DNA of 64,000 bases from Podarcis pityusensis (lineage: Eukaryota): the NCBI GenBank assembly GCA_964106645.2, contig OZ067038.1. One strand, written 5' to 3'. The stretch's first letter is position 1. Every line of letters starts with the position of its first letter. A model generated the notes under the pieces. That model did not search any database. It was not told the DNA's origin and was given only the letters and a program-made list of their open reading frames with translations. This document shows, piece by piece, positions 26,230 through 37,577 of the stretch. Made by a program: the position numbers and the translations under genes.

Positions 26230-27059
26230 CAGGTGAAACTCGAAAAATCAGAATATCGTGGAAAAGTTCATTTATTTCAGTAATTCAACTTAAAAGGTGA
26301 AACTAATTTCCAAATGAGATGCAGAAGTTGCTCTCATCAGAAAAGAGGACTTGGGACCACTGAGCAACAGACCAGTTTTTTTTTTCTTTAGCCCAGGTAA
26401 AACGCTTCTGACGTTGTTTCTTGTTCAGGAGCGGCTTGACAAGAGGAATACGACATTTGGAGTCCATCTCCAGGATCCGTCTGTGTGTGGTGGCTCTTGA
26501 TGCACCAACTCCAGCCTCAGTCCACTCCTTGTGAAAGTCCCCAACACGTTTGAATGGTCTTTTCCTGACAATCCTCTCCAGGCTGCGGTCATCCCTGCTG
26601 CTTGTGCACCTTTTTTTCCACACTTTCCCCTTCCGCATAACTTTCCATTAATGTGCTTCGATACAGCACTTTGGGAACATCCAACTTCTTCTGCAATTAC
26701 CTTTTGAGGTTTTCCCTCCTTATGGAGGGTCTCAATGATGGCTTTCTGCACAACTGTCAGGTCAGCAGCCTTTCCCATGATTGTGCTTCCTACTGAACCA
26801 GACTGAGAGACCATTTAAAGGCTCAGGAACCCATTGCAGGTGTTACGGATTGAATAGCTACTGCACCTTTTCTGAGCTTGTTAATTTGGGGTTTTCATCA
26901 GCTGTACTCCATAATCATCACAATTATAACAAATAAAGGCTTGACATATCTCGCTCTGCATGTCATGAGTCTATCTCATATATAAGTTTCACCTTTTAAG
27001 TTGAATTACTGAAATAAATGAACTTTTCCACAATATTCTAGTTTTTCGAGTTTCACCTG
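26230..27059 (-). mobile_element. Tc1/mariner DNA transposon, internally deleted and non-autonomous, 830 bp
   Basis: 75-bp TIRs at 26230-26304 and 26985-27059 (CAGGTGAAACT..., 72/75 identical), TA at 27060-61, and a transposase remnant inside. Confidence 0.95.
26303..26778 (-). pseudogene. Tc1 transposase pseudogene: N-terminal HTH DNA-binding region through the first catalytic Asp (VLFSDES)
   Basis: MGKAADLTVVQKAIIETLHKEGKPQKVIAEEVGCSQSAVSKHI...CGKK, then a frameshift in an A-run near 26611-26617, then RCTSSRDDRSLERIVRKRPF...KPLL...QKRFTWAKEKKNWS..QWSQVLFSDESNF. The sequence then joins directly to the TIR. Confidence 0.93.
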
Positions 27060-27104
<45 letters not shown>

Positions 27105-27107
27105 CTA
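27060..27107. repeat. (TATC)n tetranucleotide microsatellite abutting the Tc1 TIR
   Basis: Direct observation. Confidence 0.97.
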
Positions 27108-27255
27108 TTTATTAATTTATTTCAAAATTACATTTGAAGTACAACAGAAGAATTACATCAGTCCTGAAATCTCAAATGCATTATGAAAACATATTTTTAA
27201 AAGAACATAAATACAAAAATGATGGCATTATACAGAATAACAACAACAGGGCTAC

Positions 27256-27426
27256 CTTCACACAAGTGTGTGTTGCACAGTGCTTCCTCAGTGTGCAGTC
27301 CAATGCAGATATCCTCCCCATTAGAGGGCGCTGGGTTGGTGCAGGTTCGGGTGCGCTGGTAGTGCCCTCCTCCACAAGTTGCTGAGCACTGAGACCAAGG
27401 AGTCCAGCAGGACCACGAACCTTTCA
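27256..27426 (-). CDS. SEMA5B: SEMA5B coding exon, TSR (VKGSWSCWTPWSQCSATCGGGHYQRTRTCTNPAPSNGEDICIGLHTEEALCNTHLCE), 171 nt
   Basis: Inside ORF 27197..27427. Acceptor gatccttag, donor AAG|gtagcc (weak). Phase 1 to 1. Confidence 0.96.
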
Positions 27427-28340
27427 CTAAGGATCATTCAAAATAAAACAATACAAAGATGCAGGCATACTTTTCACCCATCTGTTAATCCCATCACAAT
27501 AAAAAAACCCCAAATCATTATTTCAAGGAGAAGAAAGCTATGGAGAAGCTACCACACTAGATGAATAGCATCCTGACTATTTGCCTACAAATACTTTTCC
27601 TCACTGTTGGTTTCTTTCTCTGCCAAAATGATTTAAGTTAGTTCATTGCATTTCTGGCCCCTCCAAGCACATAGTTCTGAAAAAGGAGGGAAGGAATGGC
27701 TATGATTATAATGCAAAAGTAATGACTATTCTCACACATGCACATTTTTTGCAATATCCAAACAATGTCATTGGCATCAAAAAGCCAGAACACATTCCCC
27801 CCACATTTAATCTGGATTTACCTTTCTGAGAAAAATCTGATACATTAAAAAAACCACCTTTTGCCAACAATATATTTGTGATATCTGAATGGCTCTCGCT
27901 TTACTAAGGGAGCAGAAGGTTCTAATGTTTTTGCAGCAATGAGATTTGGTTGCACCCTCTCTGCGTGCAATCCAAACTTTCTTTGCTTTTTGAGGGCTGA
28001 GCTTACAGCTACGTATGTTAAATGCCTTGTGCAGAAGTGCCAGCTCTAACATCAGGAACAATCATGCCATGCAGCAGGGTGAAGTGGTCAGCATTAGATG
28101 GCATCATGAGGCATGAATTGGTGTGTGAATGGTGCAGCGAGACTTTTCCACAATGTTGGCCCTAGCAGGGGAAAAGGGGACCATATGTTGGCTCTGCTTC
28201 GGGCAGGAAAATGTCTTGGGCCAGCACAGGCAAACATGCCCTACGATGGCAGGGTGAAGAGTAATGGAAGAACTTCATAGCACACTTCTTGAGCATGCTA
28301 CTCGCACTGAACAAAAGCAGGGAATGGTTACAGTATTTAC

Positions 28341-28559
28341 CTGGACAGGGAAGTGGGTTGCAGTCCTGATATTCCACTGCAGATCCTATGCAAGGTAGGC
28401 CACCGTTTTTTGGTTCTGGATTGGTGCATGTTCGCTTCCTGGTTCTGAAGCCGAGCTCACAGTCTCGAGAGCAAGATGACCACCCTCCCCAAAAGGACCA
28501 CCCACCATTGATAATCCGAATAGAGGTCTTGCCGCTTTTCAGAAGGTCATCAACTAAAG
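28341..28559 (-). CDS. SEMA5B: SEMA5B coding exon, TSR (SLVDDLLKSGKTSIRIINGGWSFWGGWSSCSRDCELGFRTRKRTCTNPEPKNGGLPCIGSAVEYQDCNPLPCP), 219 nt
   Basis: Inside ORF 28162..28611. Poly-C acceptor ...ccccccag, donor CAG|gtaaat. Phase 1 to 1. Confidence 0.97.
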
Positions 28560-29009
28560 CTGGGGGGGGGGGCAGTGGGGGGGGAGAAAGAAAAATATAG
28601 GCATTAAACACATGGAAACCCCCAGCTTTCTTCCCAACCTTGCAGCAGCAGAAGTGGGCAAGGAGTGTTCAGACAGTTGCATGGTGAACTGTTTTTCCTT
28701 CCCAGCTTCAAGGCTAAGAGGAAGGCTGGAAGACTTTTGACTACTGTGTTGCCTAGAGCATCTTAGCCATACAAGGTCACACTGGCTCTCTCTCTCTCTT
28801 TCCTTCTCTCCAGTAGGAGAGGTGAACAGCCAAGGCTTCAGGAGCACCCCAGTCACATGGGCACACTGGCAAGATTCCCTCCCCTGCAGGCGATCATGGC
28901 AAATATAGGTTACATTCATCACATAGCAAAGAAAAGAAACTGTGGTGCAGTAAATGAAATGAAGCTGCTTAGCCCCACTCATGCCAACATGTGAGTGGTG
29001 CTAATGGTG

Positions 29010-29480
29010 CAGACACCATGCAATGGTGGTGGGCTGGATGAGGGCCAATGCACTGAGCTTGAATCCTGGCAAGATGCAGGCCCTGTGGGCGAATAGTTAT
29101 TGTATCCAAGAAATTGGCCAATTACCTGCCCTGGATGGGCTTGCACTCTCTCAGAAGGAGCAAGTAAGCAGTCTAGGGAAGACCCAGGTTTCCCACTGGA
29201 GGACCTGTGGCTAGGAGCACTTTTTCAGCTTCAGCTAGTGTGACATCGGTTCCTGGACCAGGATAGCCTGATCACAGTACTTCAGGCACTTCTGATTGGA
29301 TTACTGCCATGCAGGTGGATCTTCCCTTGTGTTTGGCCCAGGAACTGCAACTACTGCAGGATGACTGCTGGCAGGAGAGAGAGACCCTGCTGAGGGATGA
29401 GCTGCCAATTTGTTACTGAGTGCGCTACCGTTAATATATAAAGCTTTGAACACCTTGGGACCAGTTTGCTTGCCCCATAT
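29010..29480 (+). mobile_element. L2-clade LINE ORF2 fragment, degenerate
   Basis: GWMRANALSLNPGK...LDGLALSQKEQVSSLG...LDYC...LIYKALN.LGP motifs. Confidence 0.75.
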
Positions 29481-29901
29481 ATACCCACTTGACTGCTTCA
29501 ATCCATGGCACCCCAATTATCTGAAATACCCCCACATTTGTGCTCTCAACCACACAGTCCTATCATGCGCTCCTATAGTGTGCAATCACAGCAAGCTGAA
29601 GTGACTCCTATACTGCTTGATGTGTGAAGGGCATCTTAATAAACACAGAAATTAAGATTATGCACCTCCAGCAACACAGTGTTTGCAGGTGTGTGAAAAG
29701 CTCCCAAGCAAATTCCCTAATGCTCATCCATCCTGACAGAGTATATACTGTCTCAATCTGCTGGCTTTGATTTGCTCTGTTGCTATCAACATAGATCAGC
29801 ATTTATCCAACCCTACGCTTCAGCTGCCCACAACCTCCAGCATGAATAATAAGAAGCTTAGCTTGGCGCTCGTTATAATCTTGCAATCTGGCAGGACGTA
29901 C

Positions 29902-30127
29902 AATCAGTGTCGCAAACAGCTGAGCCGTCATTGGGGCAGAACCGACTCTCTGTCTTCTTCCTGCCAAACTGGAGGTCATGAGGGTCAGCAAGCTGAGCGC
30001 GGCAGGTGTAGCGGAAACGCTGTTCTTGACGAGCACCACTCTGAGTGATGTTGGTGGGCATCCATGGAGTCCAAGGTGTGTTTCTTCGGACCTCTGGGCA
30101 GGCCTCTGGGCTGCAGGTTTTATACTC
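29902..30127 (-). CDS. SEMA5B: SEMA5B coding exon (EYKTCSPEACPEVRRNTPWTPWMPTNITQSGARQEQRFRYTCRAQLADPHDLQFGRKKTESRFCPNDGSAVCDTD), 226 nt
   Basis: Overlaps ORF 29873..30061. Acceptor tcctatttctgtag, donor GATT|gtacgt. Phase 0 to 1. Confidence 0.96.
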
Positions 30128-30436
30128 CTACAGAAATAGGAGAAAATGGGCGAAGGACCCAATTATTAGCATTTACTTGAGGGTTTGCAGCTTTACCAAT
30201 GCACTTGGGGGGCAATGACATTTAAGGAACAATAAGATAAACCCCCGAATATTTGACTCAAAATCATAAAACCAATGAAGCAGTAATAAAGCTCAGAAGG
30301 TGTATAAATCAAGGTCTGGTATTGCTTCCAGTTCTTTAACAGAATACAATGCTGAGGTGACAGGCCTACGCATGTGTTACATAAAGTGCCCATACTCATG
30401 CATGCAAACGAATTCCATAGACAAAGGCCTGGTTGG

Positions 30437-30550
30437 AGGCGTTTCCATGCGCTCTGGCTTCCATCACGGTGTCCTGTTGCGCCAGAAGCGGCTTAGTCAT
30501 GCTGGCCACATAACCCGGAAAGCTGTCTGTGGACAAATGCCGGCTCCCTT
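30437..30550 (+). mobile_element. Sauria SINE internal fragment
   Basis: cgccagaagcggcttagtcatgctggccacat...gccggctccct is shared with 41030-41110. Confidence 0.8.
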
Positions 30551-30692
30551 CTTACCTAGCCCCTAGGTCAATTACCTGTAGGCTCCCTCTCTTCTCTTCT
30601 CTAAGCACAAGTGTATAGGACAAGTCCTAAAGAACTGAGGAAAAGAGAACATAAGAAAACAGCAACGAAAGCCTATCTGAATGAAAACGTAC

Positions 30693-30840
30693 CACAGCAC
30701 AGCCTGGGCAGGAGTTTCCATTTTCACAAGACCTCTGCCTGGAGTGCACCCCTCCACCACAATTTGCGCTACATTTATTCCAAGGGCCCCACGAAGACCA
30801 GAAGATTGGCAATGGGCATGGACTGTTCTCATTGCAGAAC
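30693..30840 (-). CDS. SEMA5B: SEMA5B coding exon, TSR (FCNENSPCPLPIFWSSWGPWNKCSANCGGGVHSRQRSCENGNSCPGCAV), 148 nt
   Basis: Inside ORF 30627..30938. Acceptor ttgtttccacccag, donor GTG|gtacgt. Phase 2 to 0. Confidence 0.97.
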
Positions 30841-33800
30841 CTGGGTGGAAACAAAATTCCAGGGAGGAAAATAAGGAAACAATAATGCAAGTCAGTGTCC
30901 TGGAGCACTCCAAAGGAAAGTTGTAAAAGACTCTGCAAGGAACTGTTTGCACCAGGAAGAAAAAGGTTGACATCAGGTTGAGTAGAAATTCAACTTCAGC
31001 ACCACAAGTAAAAAGAGGCAAGACAGACAGACAGAAAGAGTTAGTTGTACTTTAGACCCACTGAAATCAACGGGAAATAAATTTTGAGAAACTAGTCCTA
31101 TTGATTTCAGTGGGACTAAAAGCATTACTTACTTAGTCTGGATCTAAGCCATTCTTGTTAGTGTCCATTCTGGAGGGGCTGGAGATTCTTAACTATTTAA
31201 TTATTTACACAGCTTTATCAATGGCAACAGCTTCTAAGTTGTTTGCATAGATGAACAATGAATGAGATCTCTTTTGTTTGTTGTTTCGGGATTATGGTCA
31301 CACAAGTTTTCTACCCTGTTTAAAAACTGTAATACTACTGATTTTTTTCCTAAAAAAAAAACCACTGGATGGTCATAGCAGCAGAGCAACATCATAGGAG
31401 CCAACATTGACTTACATTTGCTAAATATAGCAAAATATCCTGCAAAAGACCCATAGATAGTTTATACCCAAGTTGGATGTGCTCATAACCTACTACTTAT
31501 GCTCACATTGTACCATTATAATACAATTTTTTTTTTCCTGGTATTGCCTGGGTGAAGAAAATACTGTTTTAAAAACAGATACGTCTTTATAAGTGTATAT
31601 TGACAGTACTGTCCATTAACTTAGTACTTAAGTCTTAAAGCATTGCAAACTAATTTAGGCTAGAAATCCAGCTACTTGTAATTAAACTGGCCTCTTTAGG
31701 ATCTGATGCCAATTACCCTAAAATAAATGGCTGAACTATATTATTGTTTAGCAAGTATTATGCTGGGTTTAAGTAGCCAAGTCGTTATGAGAGTACAGCG
31801 AGTTGATAGATTTGATGGAAACTGGGCAACCATCACTGTATGTAACACAATGTTATCTACTGTCAGTATGCCCCCATCCTTCAGAGATTGTTTTGAATAG
31901 ACTTATTACACAATTATTTGTGGTCCTAAAAACTGAAGTCTAGTAAGTTTGCAAAGCTAACTATCTCCCATTCTCTTTGCAAAATTTTCCTTTTTGTATA
32001 GGAAATATACATATAGTTTGCTTAGTTTTGTTCAATTTATATTCTATGCCTGACATTTGTAACTGTGCTTTAAGATTGTAAAAACTTCAAAAACAAAACA
32101 AGAAACCCACCACACTGTATCATGGTCAGACATTACTTTCCAAACCTGGCGTGAGAAGAAGAACGGTCTTACAGGTCATTTATTATGCATATTTATTCCA
32201 TGTCAGCTCCACTTTGTTCATTTGGACTTACCTCCCAGCCATTAAGGCTTGTGTGAACCCACAATTTAGTACAATCTCCCTGCCTCCTCTGCAGTTAGAA
32301 AGTAGTTTGGCCAAACAGATCATGTTCATCTGCCCCCAGGCTTTCTGGATCATTTCCCCAGGAACTCTGGTCCAGGTAAATGTGCCATTCAGCTGTGTTC
32401 AGCAGCATTTCCTGGAGTTAATTTTATTTCTGTCCAACTACTTTTGCCCATTTTAAAAATAAGAAAGTTCTAGCTCCACTTCAGTCATCATATAATAGAA
32501 TCACCATTGCTATCACTACTTCAGTGGAAAAAATGAAGTTATGTTTCTATTAGTCACAGATCTAATCAAACATGAAGACACACAGACTAATTATATGAAG
32601 TGTCTTTTGCATTTGCAATGCCTGAGCAGGTTTTTGTCTGGAACTTTAGCTGGGGTACTAACCATTTCATTTTATTTTTGGTCTGAGGGACACATTCATC
32701 AATGGCCAAACCTCCAAGGGCTGCAAAACAATGGTGTGTGTGGCCACTCTACATTCTTACATGCTCACAGACACACTAAGGCAAAAAGCTTCCCCTCAGC
32801 TAATCTATGCAGATCAGCTAAGAAGAGGGAGTTACCCCCGCCTCCCTGCTCATCAATTTGATGTCTGGGGGAGGGAACAACTTGTATTCCCACCCCTATC
32901 TCAGTGCTGCGTCCTTGTCCTTTTTCTTTTTCTTTTTTTGCCACCACCAAAATTGGTGAGTTCTTGGGGGCGTGATAAAAATTTGCTTGGGGAGCCAGAT
33001 CAAACCTCAATTTTGAGCAAGTCCAGCTACAAAATAAGCTGGCTCTCCCCTTCTTACCATGTTTAACAAAGAATCAGGCCTTTTAAAATAAGATTTACTT
33101 ACTTTATAATGATGCATCGGTTCACAGCTACAGTAGCAGTAAAGATTATGCAGGCAAAATACTTATCTTTACATTATAACTAAAGCTGGACCAAAAGGAG
33201 GCATATCTGCATCCAATGCTGGTCAAAGTAAGATGGAGGGGGGAGCATATTATGTGTCCCTTCCTCTCCAGACAGAAGGGGAAATGACATCACACAGAAC
33301 CTCTCTACCAATTCTCTTTCTATGATCTTAGCCCCTTCTCATGATAACTATCAAGAATATGTATTTGTTAGGTTTGGCTGCAAATCTCCCACAAAACACA
33401 CCCCTGGTTTTCTGATACTCAATACCTGTGACTTCCAAGCACGCTTAGGGTGGTTTTTATTTTACCCCCATGGCCCATTTTTGGCTCCACTTCTGTTAGC
33501 ACTGACTATTTTAGTTTGCTGGTGTGGGGAGTGGCATGCCATCTAAAGACTAACAACTCTCCTATGAAAATGCAACATATGTGCAGTTCTCCTTTTAAAT
33601 ATGCATACTATTTTCTTTCTCTATTCATAGCACAGCATAGCATGTGTTATGGCTAGAGCATCCTTATGCTCTTATTTCACTTCTTGAGCAAATTTCTATC
33701 TCATCCTTCAGCACAAGAGCTCTATGGCTGGCTAACAGCTCCCATTCTGAATAGCAAGCGGCAATATTATGTAGCACCACAGCATACTTCACTGAAAAAT

Positions 33801-34420
33801 TCAGGTTTAGCAACCTCAACAGCTTAATAATGCCATACTTTCTTTAAGTTATGGGCCTTGTTTCAAACTATTATTTTGACATATGGCTGTGCAACACAGT
33901 AACACATTTATATTTATTTAAAAGGTCTGTAAGGCAGATTTATAGGCAAAAATGAATAATTATGAGATCAATATAAAAACACAATATGACAATGATGAAC
34001 CTAAAACACACATGAAGTAAATGAAATAGTGAAGACTAGCAGCAGCAGAAGTAGAAGAATACAATAAATCACAATCTCATTCACAAAAGGCTGGAGGGGG
34101 GTGAGAATTAGTTTTTTTACTTGTTCCCTAAAAGATTAAAAATGGGTGCCAAACAGGTGTTTCTGGGGAAGTGTTCCACAATCAGGGCACGACCCTATCC
34201 CCAGTTGCCACCTGCCTAACCTCTACAGGTAGGGTCACCAGGAGCAGAGGTCTCAGACGATGATCTCAGTGAGTGGGCAGGTTCATATGGGAGAAGACAT
34301 CTGGAATGGGTCACTAATCCATGTGGTGTAATGAATCCTTCAAAAGAAAACACAAGAGCTCTGAGCCAAAAAAAAAAAAAAAAGTCTCATAGAAGTTTAG
34401 GGATGGGGAACGACTCTCAC

Positions 34421-34564
34421 CGCTCCTCTCTGCTTTGTCCGACACAGACCCTGCCTCCGTATCGCGGAGCAGGGTTGCTGCACGACCTCTGACGGACCTG
34501 AAAGCCAATCCCACAGGAAGTGCTGCAGGGGGCCCAGGACGACCATGGTGTCCAAGCTCCATTC
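34421..34564 (-). CDS. SEMA5B: SEMA5B coding exon, TSR (NGAWTPWSSWAPCSTSCGIGFQVRQRSCSNPAPRYGGRVCVGQSREER), 144 nt
   Basis: Inside ORF 34417..34602. Pyrimidine-rich acceptor ...cctctgtcag, donor CG|gtgaga. Phase 2 to 2. Confidence 0.97.
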
Positions 34565-36884
34565 CTGACAGAGGGGAGGGGGAAGGAAGAAAGATAAAAC
34601 ATGGCATCTGGGTTAATTCTTATTTCTTCAACTTTAACGCTAAGTTCAACACTGCTGGCTCTGGAGTACCAACAGGTTGCAGAGACTGACTAGCACTACG
34701 AAGCACGCTTCAATAGAGGTTAGCCCAAGAAACAGACAGAGATTAGGGTTAGAATTCTGCATGTGCTTTTTTTGAGTCTTCCCCAACTTTTAAATTTGAA
34801 CAAACAAAATCCATGGCAGTTTCATGTTGAACAGATTTAAGCCTATGCTAAACATAATAAGGGCAGGCGAGGGTTTCATTTTTATACCCTCCATTACTTA
34901 TAAATTTGCAAAGTTTTGTATCATTTCTTGAGTTCCTTATGAAACCTTTTTTTTAAAAAAAGATGTCATGGTGGTGTAGAAAAACCTGCAGAATCAAATA
35001 TGTGGGGTGCTGAAAGGGGAAGAATTACAAAGGGTTGGGCATAAGAGATGAAAGATGCCCTGACCTCACTTAGGCAACTTCAGATGCAGTATTTGCTACA
35101 CATAATAAAGCTTTATAAGCACTGAATCATTTATTTATTGTATTCTAAAGGCTCAGAATGCATTACATTTTTAAAAAACAACAATGAGAAACTAAAAAAT
35201 AGACATACTGTAATTGCATAAAATAAAATAAAAAACACAAGCAGTTTAAAACCTCAGTTAGTATTTCCTTAAGCATAAAGACAAGACAATTTATTTTTAT
35301 GGACATTTGAAGATTCAGGGAACACTCTTAGGATTAATAGAGCATTCTATTGGTGGACCTGGAATATGACAAAACAGACTGCTAAACCATCTGTGAGGTG
35401 CTATTTCTCAAGAAACTTTCCTCCAATTTCAGGTGTTCTCCTTGCCCAATACTTGTTCAAATTTCTCTCATTTTACATTTGCCTTTTAGATCACAGAACC
35501 CTAGATTCCCAAATGATGTGTTAATCTCAGGGCCCATTTAATAAAGGAAAGACAGATACTGTGGTGGTCAATTATTCTGAAAATGACTGGAACATATTCT
35601 TCTTTCTTAGAGTAGGTATGTGTCTTTCCTTAGAAATGCAGAGTCGCAACAGAAAAGACATTTCAGGGGCAAAGTTATACCCCCTCCTCATCCAACTCCA
35701 AATAATTGTTATTCTACCAAATGTAGTTTCCCTTTTGCCATCGCACACTCCTGCTTTTCAGCTCAGTGGTCCTGACCAAGTGACAGAGCAACTATTTTCT
35801 ACAGTTCATTCTCAAGTCCATATCACATGCTGTCCTGTTTCTTGTGGTCCTGAAAGTTGAGCTGGTGAACAGATGTGTTGATTTTCCAAGAATTGACTGA
35901 ATTAATAAAAGTGTTTGGCAACCAGTGGGTACCTGGCAAGGCACCAGCTGCAGCAGGAAGCTTAAATTAAAACCTGCGTAGCCTTCACGGTTTTCAAGTC
36001 CGTTATCAACTCTCCCATTCTCTTGGCACTGTTCTCTTTTCTTTCATAAGAAGGTCAGGAAATAAAAAAGGACTTCCATACAAACTGTGATATAACCCAT
36101 GTTTTGCCTATTGTTTCCTTGACCATCTAAGACATGGTACCCAAAACTTAAAATATGTGATTATAATAAATGAATAAATGCTTTCTATCACACCCCTGAA
36201 AGTGGGTAGGGGGAAGCCACAGAAATCAAAACCACCAGTATCCAAAACTCAACTAAATAATATATTTCTAAAATCATTCCATGTTTTGTGTGTAGTTTTA
36301 AACCCTTTTAAAATCATCCATCCATATAGCAAAACATTTGATTAGCCAAATGTTTTGGATAGTTGCCATGTCATTTGGATAAATGAAGTTCTACTGTATA
36401 TGCACATATTTTGTTTTGAAGATTAAGATTTTTAAAGGAGGAAGTCTCAATTTATATTCAAAGTGTAGACAATCTTCAAGAAGGCTTTCATCAGCCCTGT
36501 GGCATTTGCAATCTTAGATCTCATTTATAACTAAAACTCTTATTTAAACTTTGTAACGAAAGCCTCGCAATGCCATACGAAGACAGTTAAAATTGAAATA
36601 CTAGACCTGCAATGAGTGTAAGATGATCATATGGCTGTATTTCTTAACAGTCACTGAATTTTAACACTGAATGCATTTCTCATCCACTTCCTACAGGCTA
36701 ATCTTGTGGTATCCCACACTTTTAGAGATCATGTTGTTGGCAATGATTAAATGATTGCATCAGCTGCCTTATGTCGCTTGCAGGCTAGAGGATGCTCCAC
36801 ATGGTAGAATTCTACCAGCTGTAAGAATGGCTGATCAAGAGCATAGAAAATGTAAAAGAAGATTGATCCACAAAGGCCCACATG

Positions 36885-37034
36885 CTTGCACTGGTATGCC
36901 TTCAAATTGCTAGGTTGGCAGAAGCTGGGACAGAGCAACGGGAGCTCACCCTATCGTGCGGATTTGAACCGCCAACCTTCTGATAGGCAAGCCCAAGAGA
37001 CTCAGTGGTTTAGACCACAGCAGCATCCGCGTCC
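36885..37034 (-). mobile_element. Sauria SINE, 5' portion
   Basis: Reverse complement aligns by eye (about 80%) to 40840-40985. Confidence 0.85.
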
Positions 37035-37425
37035 AGCAAACACAGATAGTAGTTGCTACACAGAAGTGTCTACACAAGCCTGAAGAAAAAAGACAGACTA
37101 AATCCCACCAGGTGTGACAGATAAGATGGTCAAATTGCGCAATGGCATCCCTACAGCTTACAGTGTGTGTGCATGTGTTTATGTCTCCCCAAAATAGTTT
37201 CTCCTAATCTAAAATGGATATAAATGCAAAATGGTCAATAAATATATGTGATGGGGACCGTGAAAGTGGGAGAAAAACACACATGCAATGTGGTAATGAT
37301 GACATTGATTCAGGGAGCACAACAGATGCGAAAGCTAGCTCTCAGTGATCCACAGCAAACAAAAGGGCTGCCAGTTGAACTCAGCAAGCTACACAATATC
37401 AGTTGTATTAACAAGAAAAGGCTGA

Positions 37426-37476
37426 AGCTGCCCAGAGTGGCTGGGGCAACCCAGTCAGGTGGGCAGGATACAAATA

Positions 37477-37509
<33 letters not shown>

Positions 37510-37577
37510 CAGTAGTAGTAGCAGTCATGCTAATAATATATGACCGCTTTATTATTGTTGTTGTTGTTGTTGTTGTT
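37426..37577 (+). repeat. Short LINE 3' tail followed by (TAG)n (37477-37524) and (TTG)n (37555-37577) microsatellites
   Basis: gctgcccagagtggctggggcaacccag..gggcaggatacaaat, then trinucleotide runs. Confidence 0.7.
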
